From positions 672,001-736,000 of the forward strand of contig CAWAIF010000003.1 in NCBI GenBank assembly GCA_963782055.1: a stretch of 64,000 bases of DNA, written 5' to 3'. This stretch comes from an uncultured delta proteobacterium. Lineage in GTDB: Bacteria > Myxococcota_A > Polyangia > Polyangiales > Polyangiaceae. Shown here piece by piece: positions 1 to 9,973 of the stretch; the first letter of the stretch is position 1, and each line of letters starts with the position of its first letter. The notes beneath the pieces were generated by a model. The model was not told where the DNA came from, did not search any database, and was given only the letters and a program-made list of their open reading frames with translations. A program made the position numbers and the translations under genes.

Positions 1-1032
1 GGCACCTACCCCAATCCCTCGTGGGCCGTGGGCACGAACAGCCAGACCGCGGTCGTGAGCGGCGACGTCTCCATCCCGCTCGTCGTGCTGGGGCAGATCG
101 GGACGGCCAAGGATGCCGCGCGCGGCGACCTGGATGTGGCCCGCATGGACACGCGCGTCGCGTGGGCCGACGTCCGCGCGCAGGCCGCGCACGCCTTCGT
201 CGCGCTGTGGCTGGCGGACAAGGTCGCCGCGGAGCGCCGCACGGCCTCGGGGATCGAGCAGCGCCTGGAGCGCGCCGTCAACGATCGCGTCGACGTGGGG
301 GCGGCGCCGCAGATCGACGCGCTGCGCGTGCACGCCGAGCGACTGCGGGCCGACGCGGAGGCCGACGAGGCCTCGGCGCTGGTGGTCGCCGCGGCCGCCG
401 AGCTCGGGCGGTGGATCGGCATGGACGACGGCTCGTCGCTGAGGCCCGCCGGGGATCCCGACGTGCCGTCGCCCGCGCCGTCCCTCGGGGCGATGCGGGC
501 GCGGGTGGGCGCGAGCCCGGCCGTCAGGCGTGCGCACGCGGAGGCTGCCGCGGCCCTCGCGCGGGCGAGCCACGAGCGGGCGCTGGCGCGGCCCACCCTC
601 AGCCTGGACCTGGGGATCGATCTGTTCGACCCGACGCTCCCCGACACCAACTACCGCGCGCAGCTCGGCTTCGACTTCCCCATCTTCAACTACCGCGGCT
701 CGTACGTGGACCGCGAGGAGAACGCCGCGGCGGCCGCCCGCTCGCGCGAGGCCGCGGAGCGCATCGCGCTGCTGGCCGCGCTCACGGCCTCGTACGCGCG
801 CTTCGCGGCGATCGGGCGGCGCGCCGACGTGCTCGCCACCGGCGTGGTGCCCGCGGCCGAGGCGGCGGCCCGTGCGACCGAGGACGCCTACGGCCTGGGC
901 CGGGCCTCGCTCGTGGCGGTGCTCGACGCCGAGAAGGCACGCCTGGACGCGCGGGTGTCGCTGGAGCAGGCGCGCGCGGAGCGCGCCGACGCGTGGGTCG
1001 AGGTGGAGCACGCCGCGGGGGTGGCCCCGTGA
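1..1032 (+). CDS. TolC-family outer membrane efflux protein (5'-partial)
   Basis: Frame open from base 1; Ala/Arg-rich helical OEP-like repeats (e.g. AYGLGRASLVAVLDAE); first gene of a TolC-MFP-RND operon with GTGA overlap. Confidence 0.85.
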   Translation, partial: GTYPNPSWAVGTNSQTAVVSGDVSIPLVVLGQIGTAKDAARGDLDVARMDTRVAWADVRAQAAHAFVALWLADKVAAERRTASGIEQRLERAVNDRVDVGAAPQIDALRVHAERLRADAEADEASALVVAAAAELGRWIGMDDGSSLRPAGDPDVPSPAPSLGAMRARVGASPAVRRAHAEAAAALARASHERALARPTLSLDLGIDLFDPTLPDTNYRAQLGFDFPIFNYRGSYVDREENAAAAARSREAAERIALLAALTASYARFAAIGRRADVLATGVVPAAEAAARATEDAYGLGRASLVAVLDAEKARLDARVSLEQARAERADAWVEVEHAAGVAP

Positions 1033-2096
1033 GGCGGGCGTGGGCGTGCGTGGCGGCGCTCGGGGTGCTCGTCGTGGCCTGCAAGAAGAGCGAGCAGCGC
1101 GACGAGCTCACGGCGGTGCCGGTGCACTGCGTGGCGCCGGAGCGCCGCGACGTGGACGAGACGGTGAAGCTCCGCGGTCGCGTCGCGCCGCCGCCCGGCG
1201 GGGACGTGGCGGTGGCGTCGCAGGTGGAGGGGCGCGTCGAGTCCGTCCCGGTGCGCGAGGGGCAGACGGTGGCGGTGGGCGACGTCGTGGCGCTCATCGA
1301 TGGCGCGCCCTCGCGCGACGCGCTCCGCCAGGCGGACGCGGCGCTCGCCCAGGCGCGCGCCAACGACGCCAACGCCGCAGCCACGCTCGCGCGCGTGCAG
1401 GCGCTGGTCTCGCGGGGCATCGCCGCCAAGCAGGAGCTGGATGACGCGCAGGCGCACGCGGACGCCGCCCACGCCGAGGTGAGCTCCGCCGCGGCGGCCG
1501 CCAGCCAGGCGCGCCGCACGCTCGGGCGCGTGCAGGTCCGCACCGGGGTCGCCGGCGTGGTGACGCGCGTGTGGCGCGGCGCCGGCGCGCTGGTGGACGG
1601 TACGGCCTCCACGCCGATCGTGGAGGTCGCGTCCTCGGCGGCGATCGAGTTCGTGGCGGACGCGACGGTACGGCAGCTCGACCGCGTCGCGCCCGGACTG
1701 ATGGCGAGCGTGTCCCTCGTCTCCGGCGAGAAGCTGAAGGGCACCGTCGTCACCCGCGCCAGCGCGCTCGACCCCACCACCGGCCTGGGCACCGTGCGGG
1801 TGGGGCTCGCGTCGGCCCCGCCCACGATCCCGGTCGGCACCTTCGGAACGGTGGTCGTCACCCTCGCGACGAGAAAGGGCGTGCCCACGCTCCCGGTCGC
1901 GGCCCTGCGGGGCGCCGTGGCCGACGGCGCCGAGGTGGCGGTGTGCGCCGGCGGCAAGGCGCAGATCCGCACCGTGCAGGTCGGCTGGCGCGACGCCGAG
2001 CGCTTCGAGGTGACGGGCGTGAAGGACGGCGAGCTCGTCGCGATCGACCACGTCCTCGGCCTCACCGACGGGACGCCGCTGGCGGAGGCGAAGTGA
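1029..2096 (+). CDS. Efflux RND transporter periplasmic adaptor (MFP) subunit, lipoprotein
   Basis: GTG start overlapping the TolC stop; lipobox LVVAC; biotinyl-like hairpin (VASQVEGRVESVPVREGQTVAVGD) and coiled coil. Confidence 0.88.
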   Translation: MRRAWACVAALGVLVVACKKSEQRDELTAVPVHCVAPERRDVDETVKLRGRVAPPPGGDVAVASQVEGRVESVPVREGQTVAVGDVVALIDGAPSRDALRQADAALAQARANDANAAATLARVQALVSRGIAAKQELDDAQAHADAAHAEVSSAAAAASQARRTLGRVQVRTGVAGVVTRVWRGAGALVDGTASTPIVEVASSAAIEFVADATVRQLDRVAPGLMASVSLVSGEKLKGTVVTRASALDPTTGLGTVRVGLASAPPTIPVGTFGTVVVTLATRKGVPTLPVAALRGAVADGAEVAVCAGGKAQIRTVQVGWRDAERFEVTGVKDGELVAIDHVLGLTDGTPLAEAK

Positions 2097-5000
2097 TCGC
2101 GCTGCTTCGGCGGCACGCCAACCTCGTCTGGCTCACCACCGCGCTCCTGGTGCTGCTCGGGGTGGAGTCGGCGCTCTCCATGCCCAGCGGCATCTACCCG
2201 GAGGTGGAGTTCCCGCGCATCGTGGTCGTCGCGCGGACGGGGGGCTCGCCGCCCGATGTCTTCCTGACCCAGGTGACGCGTCCGCTGGAGCAGGAGCTGA
2301 CCGCCGTGCTCGGCGTGCAGCGCATCCGCTCCCGCACCATCCGCGGGGCGACCGAGATCTCCCTGCAGTTCGCCCCTGGCACCGACATGTGGCGCGCCCT
2401 CGGCCTGGTGGAGGCGCGCGTCAACCAGACACGCAGCGAGCTGCCGCAGGATACCCAGATCGTCGTGCAGCGGATCACCACCGGCTCCTTCCCGGTGGTC
2501 ACCTTCAACGTGGCCGGCGCGGTGGACCCGCGCGAGCTGCGCGAGGTCGCCGAGTACGTCATCCGTCCGGCGCTGGGTAACGTCCCCGGCGTGGGCACGG
2601 TCGAGGTGCAGGGCGGCGACGTGCGCGAGGAGGAGGTGATCCTCGACCCCGAGGCTGTCGCGTCGCTGCACCTCGACGCGGCCGGCGTCGCGGCGAAGCT
2701 GCACGACGCGATGGGCCTGGCGGCGGTGGGACGCGTCAACCACGACCAGCAGGTGATCACCGTCGTGGGTGACGCGCGGCCGAAGACGCTCGACGACATC
2801 CGCGCCATGCCGGTCGCCACCACCCCGAGCGGTGGCGTCGTGCCTGTCGGGTCCATCGCCGAGGTGGTCGAGGGGCACGAGGACCGGACGTCCTTCGTGG
2901 GCGGTCCGCGCGGCGCGACCGTCAGCATCAGCGTGCCGCGCCTGCCCGGTGCGAGCACTCCCGACGTCGTGGCGGGCGCGCTCGCGGCGGTCGAGGCGCT
3001 GCGGCCCAGCCTCCCCGCCGGGGTGACCATCGAGCCCGTCTACGACCAGGCAAACCTCGTCAACGACTCCATCGCCGGCGTGCGCGACGCGATCGTGCTG
3101 GGCATCCTCCTGTGCGCGACCGTCATCGGTCTGTTCCTGCGCGACCTGCGGGCGGGTCTCCTCGCCGGCATCTCGGTCCCCATCACGCTGGCGATCAGCT
3201 TCGGCTTCATGAAGCTGTTCCACCAGACGCTCAACCTCATGTCCCTGGGCGGGATGGCGGTGGCGGTGGGGCTGGTGGTCGACGACGCCATCGTCATGAT
3301 CGAGGCGATCGCGCGGCGTCGGGATCTCGGGGACGACGCCGTCGCCGCGGCGACGAACGGCACGACCGAGCTCGCGCCGGCGATCATCGGGACCACCCTC
3401 ACCACGGTCGTCGTCTTCGTGCCGCTCGCATTCCTGCAGGGGGTCGTCGGCGACTTCTTCCGCGCGCTGGCGTTCACCGTGACGGCCGCGGTGCTCGTCT
3501 CGCTCGCCGTAGCGCTGGTGCTCGTCCCGCTGGCCGCGGGCGTAGGCCTCTCGTCGAAGCCTCGCCACGCGACCTCGGTGCTGGGGGGCGCCTACGAGAA
3601 GGTCGTCGGCGGGATGCTCCGCAAGCCGTGGCTCGCGGCCGTGGTGTTCGCCGTGGCGGTCGCCGCCGGGGTGCTGATCGCCCCGCACCTCGAGCGAGGC
3701 TTCCTCCCGACGATGGACGAGGGAGCCTTCGTGCTCGACTACTTCCTCCCGGCGGGTACGTCGCTCGAGGCGACCGATCACTACGCGAAGAAGATCGAGG
3801 CGGAGCTCAGGGCGACGCCGGAGGTGCTCACCTTCTCCCGGCGGACGGGGGCGGAGCTCGGCCCCGCGGCGGCGACGCAGTGGCACCGGGGTGACATCAT
3901 CGTCCGGCTGGTGGGGCGCGGCTCGCGCCACCGCTCCGCCGACGAGATCATCGCCGACGTGCGCGCGCGCGTGGAGCGCAACGTCCCGGAGGCGCGCGTG
4001 GAGTTCGTGCAGGTGCTCCAGGACGTGCTCAACGACCTGGCGGGCAACCCGCGTCCGATTCGAGATCAAGCTCTTCGGAGCGGACTACGGCAAGCTGAAC
4101 GAGCTGGGCGATCAGCTCGCAGGGCAGATCAAGGGAGTGGACGGCCTGGTGGACCTGTATGCGGGCCACGAGCGCGATGTGCCCGAGCTGCACTTCGGCG
4201 TGAACCGCGACGAGGCAGCGCGCTTCGGCGTCACGCCGGACGAGGTGAGCGCGCAGCTCGACACCGCCTTGCACGGGAGCGTCGTCGGGTCCGTCCGCCG
4301 CTACGACCGCCTCGTCGGCGTGCGCGTCCGCTACCCCGACCCGGTGCGCTTCGACAAGGCGCACGTGCTGGACCTGCCGTTCGTCGCCGCGGGGAAGGTC
4401 ACGACGTTCGACACGGTGACCGACATCGGCTTGCAGACCACGGCTTCGGAGCTCGAGCACGAGGCGCTGCAGCCGATGGTCGCGGTCACCGGCGACTACG
4501 AGGGGCGCGATCTGGGGAGCGTGGCGGACGACGTCGACGCCATCGCCAAGAAGCTGAAGGTCCCGCCCGGCTACCGGGTGGTGCTCGGCGGTCAGGCGGC
4601 GGCGCAGCGCGCCAGCCTGCACGACCTCCTGCGCATCGGAGGGCTCGCCGTGCTGCTCGTGCTCACGGTGCTCGCCGGGCAGTTCAAGCGGCTGCGCATC
4701 GCGGCGCTGGTGCTCGGCACCATCCCGGTGGCGGTGCTCGGGGCCATGGCGGCGCTGCTCGTCACCGGCACTCCCCTCAACGCGTCGTCCTTGATGGGGT
4801 GCGTGCTGCTCGTGGGGCTCGTGGTGAAGAACGGGGTCTTGCTCCTGGAGGAGGCAGAGCGTCGCGTGGAGTCGGGTGTGGCGGGCGACGAGGCCGTGAG
4901 GGGGGCGGCCGAGAGGCGCGTCCGCCCCATCGTCATGACCACCCTGGCCACCCTGGCCGGTCTGGCGCCGCTCGCCCTCAACATCGGGGCCGGCGCGGAG

Positions 5001-5120
5001 CTGCAGCAACCGCTGGCCATCGCGGTCATGGGCGGTCTCGTCACCTCGACGCTGGCCACGCTGGTGTTGCTGCCCCCCGCCGCCGCACCCCTGCTGCGCA
5101 TGGGCAAGAAGACGAGCTGA
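2093..5120 (+). pseudogene. RND efflux permease (CusA/CzcA/AcrB family), split by a +1 frameshift near 4059-4060 (real or sequencing error)
   Basis: TM4 motif GLVVDDAIVMIE in the first frame; GLVVKNGVLL and RVRPIVMTTLAT in the frame ending 5120; removing one T in ccgATTCgag joins NPRP-I-EIKLFG. Confidence 0.85.
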
Positions 5121-5136
5121 GGTAAGCTCACGTCCC

Positions 5137-5553
5137 GTGTGGGCGATCGAGCACGCGGTGGGGAGACTCGTCGAGATCAGGATCTGGTCGCCGGTGTCGC
5201 TCGCCGAGACGGGCCCGTGGGCGCAGCGTCACAACGCGGTGAGCGACGCGGTGGTGGGCCCGTACGTGTGCCTGGTGGATCTGGTCGACGCGACGGTGTT
5301 CCCGCCCGACGTCGTGGACGGCTTCGTGTCGACGATGCGCAACGAGCCGCGCCTGCTCCGCACCGCGACGTTGCTCAACGCCAGCCCCACCTTCGGCATG
5401 CAGATCCAGCGGATGATCCGTGAGGCGGACAACCCCGAGCGCCGCGCCTTCCGCGATCCGGCGGAGCTGCTGGCGTGGTTCTCCGGCGTGCTCACCGACG
5501 CGGAGTGCGCGCGCGTTTGCACCTTGCTCGCGTCGCGCGGCCTCGTGGCGTAG
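5137..5553 (+). CDS. Hypothetical protein, possibly STAS/SEC14-like
   Basis: 138 aa with normal composition; TAAGCT 8 nt upstream of the GTG. Confidence 0.65.
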   Translation: MWAIEHAVGRLVEIRIWSPVSLAETGPWAQRHNAVSDAVVGPYVCLVDLVDATVFPPDVVDGFVSTMRNEPRLLRTATLLNASPTFGMQIQRMIREADNPERRAFRDPAELLAWFSGVLTDAECARVCTLLASRGLVA

Positions 5554-5606
5554 TCGCACCCGCGCGGGGCCGCCGCGCAGCGCCTGCACTACGGTCGGCG
5601 AGCGCG

Positions 5607-5622
5607 TGGCACACGTGATGCA
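5607..5622 (+). promoter_or_regulatory. Sigma-54 (-24/-12) promoter
   Basis: TGGCACACGTGATGCA = GG-N10-GC, ending 13 nt before ATG 5636. Confidence 0.6.
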
Positions 5623-5635
5623 CTCGGACTTCCCC

Positions 5636-7141
5636 ATGCGTCCTCGCGCGGAGCACAACCAGACCCGCCGGTTGGAGCGGGGGATCCGCCTGCTCGCCGC
5701 GGGCTGCCTCGCCGTGGGATCCCTGTCGGCATGCGAGGGCGCGCCGGAGGGGCCGCCCTCGCTCGGCGGCACCGACGCCGCCGTCGGGACGCCCTCGGCG
5801 GCGACGCCGTCGTGCGCGTTCGCCGCGACGCCGCCCTTCACGCTCCCCGCCGTGCTGGGCGTGGAGCGTCCGCTGCGCGCGACGAGCGGGAGGGTGCCGT
5901 GCACCTCGGGCACCGGCTCGTATGACTTCGCGCTGCGTGACATGGACGGCGATCAGCGCGAGGACCTCGTCGTCACCCGCGCCTGCGACGACGCCACGGT
6001 GGGCGTCACGTCGTGGCGGGTCTACCCCAACAGCGGGGACGGCTTCGGTCCACCGGTGCGGTTCGCGCTTCCCGTACTCCCCGGGGCGGTCCCTTTGCCG
6101 TCGGGGTGCGCGCGCGAGTCGCTGGTGGACGTCGACGGAGATCGCCGCCCGGACATCCTCGTGACCGCGCTCTGCACCGACGCCGCCATCGGCACCACAC
6201 GGTGGCTGGCGTACCGCAACTTGGGGAAGGGCTTCGAGCCCACGCCGCGCTCCTTCGCCTTGCCTGCCGCACCCGCGCCCGGTCTCTACGTCGACACCGA
6301 GGTGGACGCGCCGAGCTGCCGGAGCTTCCAGCCGGCGTACCGCTTCTTCGATCTCACCGGCGACCTCGTGCCCGATCTGGTGGTGACGCAGGCGTGCGAC
6401 GACGCCACCGTCGGCCTCACGCACTGGCGCGTGTACGCGGGCACCGGCGACGGCGTCGCCGCGCCGGTCGACTTCGCTTTGCCTCCGGGCGGCACCTTCG
6501 CGTCGTCGGTCGGCGGCGCGATCGCGTGTCGGCCCTCCTTCCCGACGCCTCGCTACACGCTGCTCGACTTCGACGGCGACCTGACGCCGGACCTGCTGAT
6601 CACCGGGAGCTGCACCGACACCACCGTCGGCGATACCACGTGGCTCGTCTACCGCAACGACGGGACCTCCTTCGCCCAGGCGCCGCTCCACGTGCCGCTC
6701 CCCATCGTGCCGCGGACTCCCGCCCCGCCCTTCGAGCTCCCCTCCGGGAGCGTGGCGTGCGCCGGCGGCTCCCGCGTGATGACGCACACGCTGGTGGACG
6801 TGGACGGCGACATGGCGCCGGACATCCTCTTCACCAGCGCATGCGACGACTCCTCCGACGGCGTCCTGTACTGGCGCGTCGCGCGCAACCAGGGCGCCGG
6901 GTTCGCGGCGCCCGTGCCCTACGCCCTCCCGCCGGCGCTCGGCGCGACGCCGGACATGTCCGTCGGCCTCGGCGGTCCGCTCGCGTGCGCCACGCTCCCG
7001 CATCGCGCGAGGTTCGCGGCGGAGCCGCTGCTCGGGCCGGACCTCGAGCTGGTCGCGACGTCGTCGTGCGACGACGCCAGCGTGGGGTCGTCGCGGTGGC
7101 TGCTCTTCCGCCCGTCGTGCCTTCCCTCTGCCGGGCGGTGA
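5636..7141 (+). CDS. Secreted/lipoprotein with Cys-containing FG-GAP/VCBS-like beta-propeller repeats
   Basis: Five DxDGDxxxDL..T..C.D...G...W.vy.N.G repeats plus one degenerate copy; lipobox-like LSAC. Confidence 0.75.
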   Translation: MRPRAEHNQTRRLERGIRLLAAGCLAVGSLSACEGAPEGPPSLGGTDAAVGTPSAATPSCAFAATPPFTLPAVLGVERPLRATSGRVPCTSGTGSYDFALRDMDGDQREDLVVTRACDDATVGVTSWRVYPNSGDGFGPPVRFALPVLPGAVPLPSGCARESLVDVDGDRRPDILVTALCTDAAIGTTRWLAYRNLGKGFEPTPRSFALPAAPAPGLYVDTEVDAPSCRSFQPAYRFFDLTGDLVPDLVVTQACDDATVGLTHWRVYAGTGDGVAAPVDFALPPGGTFASSVGGAIACRPSFPTPRYTLLDFDGDLTPDLLITGSCTDTTVGDTTWLVYRNDGTSFAQAPLHVPLPIVPRTPAPPFELPSGSVACAGGSRVMTHTLVDVDGDMAPDILFTSACDDSSDGVLYWRVARNQGAGFAAPVPYALPPALGATPDMSVGLGGPLACATLPHRARFAAEPLLGPDLELVATSSCDDASVGSSRWLLFRPSCLPSAGR

Positions 7142-7145
7142 CGGA

Positions 7146-7613
7146 TCAGCCGCCGCTTGACGCGCTGCTCGGCGGCGTCGCGGCGCCGCCGTCCGCGTCC
7201 GCGCCGGGACCGGGGCAGCCGGTGGCCGGGTCGGCGGCGGCGGGGTCGTCGGGGCAGCGGTCCACCTCGTCGGGGACCACGTCGCCGAGCTCGTAGAGGT
7301 CGACGGTCGGGGTCTCCGGCGGCGTGGTCGCGGCGACGGGGCTGGAGCACGCGGCGAGGGACACCGCGGCGGCCAGCGTCGCCGCCGCCCTGAAGCGCAC
7401 GTCCCCGCGGGCGTCGCGGGCGAAGCGCACGCACAGCCGAGCGCCGCGGGCGGCGGCGAGCAGCGCGCGCGCCTCCTCCTCGGTGCGGGCCGAGAGGTCG
7501 TGGACCTCCTTCCGGCATGCGTCACAGAAGCGGGTGCGATCGTCGCCGCGCATGGCGGCGAAGGACCCCGTGCAGGGGCGGGCGATGGGCAACATGCGGA
7601 GCGCCATGTCCAT
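7146..7613 (-). CDS. Hypothetical protein with N-terminal Cys cluster (PC..M.G...RFC..C.K.V.DLS) and a C-terminal TSP3-like DRCP..GCP unit
   Basis: ORF track; recognisable conserved Cys motif; central hydrophobic segment. Confidence 0.6.
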   Translation of the reverse strand: MDMALRMLPIARPCTGSFAAMRGDDRTRFCDACRKEVHDLSARTEEEARALLAAARGARLCVRFARDARGDVRFRAAATLAAAVSLAACSSPVAATTPPETPTVDLYELGDVVPDEVDRCPDDPAAADPATGCPGPGADADGGAATPPSSASSGG

Positions 7614-7701
7614 CGTACGCGGCGTGGCGCCGTCTGCTCCCCTGCGGCGGGTCCGCCGCGCCGCGCCGCCCCCCCCCGGCGGCGCGGGCGATCGCCTCGT
7701 C

Positions 7702-8031
7702 TCAGCGGCGGTGGCCGCCGTGCTCGCCGTGGTCGTGGCGCTCCTGGTGGTCGACCCTGTGGTCGCGCATCAGGCGCTCGAGCTGTCGCACCTCCTTCCG
7801 GAGCACCGCGCGGTCACGGCGCGCGTCGGCGAACCGGTGCGCGCGCTCGTCGCGGGCGATGTCGGCCCGGCGGTGCGCGATGTCGACGCGCAGGCGCGCG
7901 ATCTCCATGTCGTCGCGGCGGACGTCGCTCGTGCGGGCGTGGCCGTCGTGCTCGTCGGCGAAGGCGAGCGTCGGCAGCGAGACCGCGGCGAGGGTGGTGA
8001 GGATGACGATGAGCTTCTTCGAGCGAACCAT
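7702..8031 (-). CDS. Small secreted Arg/Asp/His-rich helical protein
   Basis: AAGGAGAG SD upstream; signal peptide MVRSKKLIVILTTLAAVSLPTLAFA; sigma-54 promoter upstream. Confidence 0.7.
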   Translation of the reverse strand: MVRSKKLIVILTTLAAVSLPTLAFADEHDGHARTSDVRRDDMEIARLRVDIAHRRADIARDERAHRFADARRDRAVLRKEVRQLERLMRDHRVDHQERHDHGEHGGHRR

Positions 8032-8085
8032 GATGACAATCTCTCCTTGAGCCGGGGGTGAGTGGGCCGGCGTGTTCATGAGAAG

Positions 8086-8101
8086 AGCAACCGGCGTGCC
8101 C
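8086..8101 (-). promoter_or_regulatory. Sigma-54 (-24/-12) promoter
   Basis: Minus strand reads GGGCACGCCGGTTGCT (GG-N10-GC, close to TGGCACG-N4-TTGCW). Confidence 0.7.
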
Positions 8102-8247
8102 CGCTCCTTCCCGCGGGATCCCCGCGCGGATCGATCGTGTGCAATCGCGCGTTCACGCCCGACCGGATCGCGATGGGCGCGCCGCCCGGCGCGATTGAAT
8201 TCGCGCGGCGCGCGTCCGTCCAACGAGAGAACCCGGGGGGCCGGAGA

Positions 8248-9327
8248 TCACCCGCGCTCGGCCCACTTCACCGCCGCCAGCGCGTCCACCACCCCCGCGC
8301 CCTGCTGCTCGTCCGGCACGCCCTCCAGGCGTCGCGCCGTCGCGCGCAGGCCCTCGCGCACCTTCTCCACGCCGAGGCGCGGCGACGCCTCCAGCATCTG
8401 CGCGACGATCCCGGCCACCACCGGCGCGGCGAAGCTCGTCCCGTCCACGTGCTGGTAGTCCGGCGCGATGTACTTCTGCAGCGCGATGCGCGCGTCCACT
8501 ACCTCGAGCAGGTCGGCGGCGGACTCGCGGGCGCGCGGGTCCTCGGGCGGGTCGATCTGCATCTCCTCCAGGACCGTCAAGAGGTCGTAGAGCGCATGCG
8601 CCTCGCGTGCCTGCAACGTGCCGGGCACCATCGGCGCGGGCACCCAGATGGCCGGCGCGACGACGTCCGGCTTGTGCACGCCGGGGTGCGTCTCGCCGTA
8701 GCTCGACGGCCACGGCACGTCGTCGCTCGGGTCGCGCGTGTTGCGGTCGTCCAGGCCGCCGACCGTCACCACGCGCGCGGCCGATGCGGGGGGGCGCGGC
8801 GCCTCGCCGGGGACGTTGCCCGCCGCCGCCACCACCACGATGCCCGCGCGGACCGCCGCCGCCGCCGCGCGCTCCACGTCCTCGGCGTCGGGGTCGTCCT
8901 CGTCCGCGCCCACCGAGATGCTGATCACGCGCACGCCGAGCTCGGGGTGGTGCACCGGCAGCCGCAGCGCGGCGGCGATGCTCTTGCCCGACACGCTGCC
9001 GTCGGCGTCGTCGCCCGCCTTGATCAGCACCACGTCGCTCTCGTACGCCAGGCTCCGGTAACGGCCGCCGGAGAGGTAGCCGTTGCCCACCGCGCAGCAC
9101 GCGGTCATCGTGCCGTGCCACGACCACGGCCGGCGCGACAGCAGCTCGGCGCGCAGCGCGTCGTCGCGCGTCACGTCGACGTAGGCGCGGATGCGGCTGC
9201 GCGGCTGGAGCAGGTCGGGGTGCGGGTAGAACCCCGCGTCGATCACCGCGACGCAGATGCCGCGGCCGGCGTACGCGCTGCTCGGGCATAGACGCTCGGC
9301 CAGGGACTGGATCTGCGGGCGCGGCAC
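8248..9327 (-). CDS. S8 family serine peptidase (subtilase), no signal peptide
   Basis: Catalytic motifs VAVIDAG, HGTMTA, AAGN, GTSFAAP. Confidence 0.9.
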   Translation of the reverse strand: MPRPQIQSLAERLCPSSAYAGRGICVAVIDAGFYPHPDLLQPRSRIRAYVDVTRDDALRAELLSRRPWSWHGTMTACCAVGNGYLSGGRYRSLAYESDVVLIKAGDDADGSVSGKSIAAALRLPVHHPELGVRVISISVGADEDDPDAEDVERAAAAAVRAGIVVVAAAGNVPGEAPRPPASAARVVTVGGLDDRNTRDPSDDVPWPSSYGETHPGVHKPDVVAPAIWVPAPMVPGTLQAREAHALYDLLTVLEEMQIDPPEDPRARESAADLLEVVDARIALQKYIAPDYQHVDGTSFAAPVVAGIVAQMLEASPRLGVEKVREGLRATARRLEGVPDEQQGAGVVDALAAVKWAERG

Positions 9328-9328
9328 C

Positions 9329-9913
9329 TCACTCCTCCCGGTTGGTCACGGTGAGCGCCGCGGCGGCGCGCACCTCGCCGTGCGCGTCGATGGCGCCGCC
9401 CAGGACGAACTCCGACGTCACGCCGTCGCCGTCGAGGTCGCCGTGCGCGATCGCCTTGTACGAATCGCCCGGCGACGATCCCGTCCCGGTGCGCCGGTAG
9501 TCGTACTGGTAGTACTGCGGCTCGGTGATGTCGAACTTGAGGCACGAGAAGCCGGCGTACGGCGTGGTGTCGTCCCAGTCGGAGAGCGAGGACTGGTACT
9601 TCACGCCGCTCACGCGGGTCATGCTGGCGGGCACCGGGTTGCTCGCGGACCCGCAGAGCCTTCGCGTTGGCGCGCCGCCGAAGGCGCTGGGCTCGCCGTT
9701 CTCGTAGGCGGCGCCCGCCGCCCGGGAGATGGCGCCGACGTCGTTCATCGCCTCCGCCGTCTTGGAGGCGGCGATGTACCGGCGCATCCCGGCGTACGCG
9801 ACGATGCCCAGCATCCCGACGATGAGGACGACGACGCCGATGACGAGCAGCAGGACGACGAGCCACGTGGGCGTCGAGCGCCGCGACACCGGCGGGGGAG
9901 GGGCGAACTGCAT
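9329..9913 (-). CDS. Type IV pilin-like protein lacking the prepilin cleavage motif
   Basis: Hydrophobic helix followed by GMRRYIAASKTAEA, CLKF..PQYYQY and GDLDGDG, as recalled for Polyangiaceae pilin-like proteins; TAGGAT 7 nt upstream favours ATG 9913. Confidence 0.6.
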   Translation of the reverse strand: MQFAPPPPVSRRSTPTWLVVLLLVIGVVVLIVGMLGIVAYAGMRRYIAASKTAEAMNDVGAISRAAGAAYENGEPSAFGGAPTRRLCGSASNPVPASMTRVSGVKYQSSLSDWDDTTPYAGFSCLKFDITEPQYYQYDYRRTGTGSSPGDSYKAIAHGDLDGDGVTSEFVLGGAIDAHGEVRAAAALTVTNREE

Positions 9914-9973
9914 CCCCGCCATCCTAGTCCACCCACGGCCGCGGCGTCGCCGGCCGCGACCGGGAGCGGGCGT

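Noticed and set aside
782..4069. Very long antisense or alternate-frame ORFs (also 44958-49028, 46507-49413, 14356-17043 and others)
   Set aside because: Arg/Ala/Pro-rich shadow ORFs expected at high GC; they overlap well-supported genes
4040..4075. Programmed ribosomal frameshift in the RND gene
   Set aside because: No slippery run or evident stimulator; the same single-T context recurs at 52677, favouring an error or point insertion
7662..7686. GC hairpin CGCGCCGCC-C7-GGCGGCGCG as intrinsic terminator
   Set aside because: No U-tract on either side; such stems are common at this GC content
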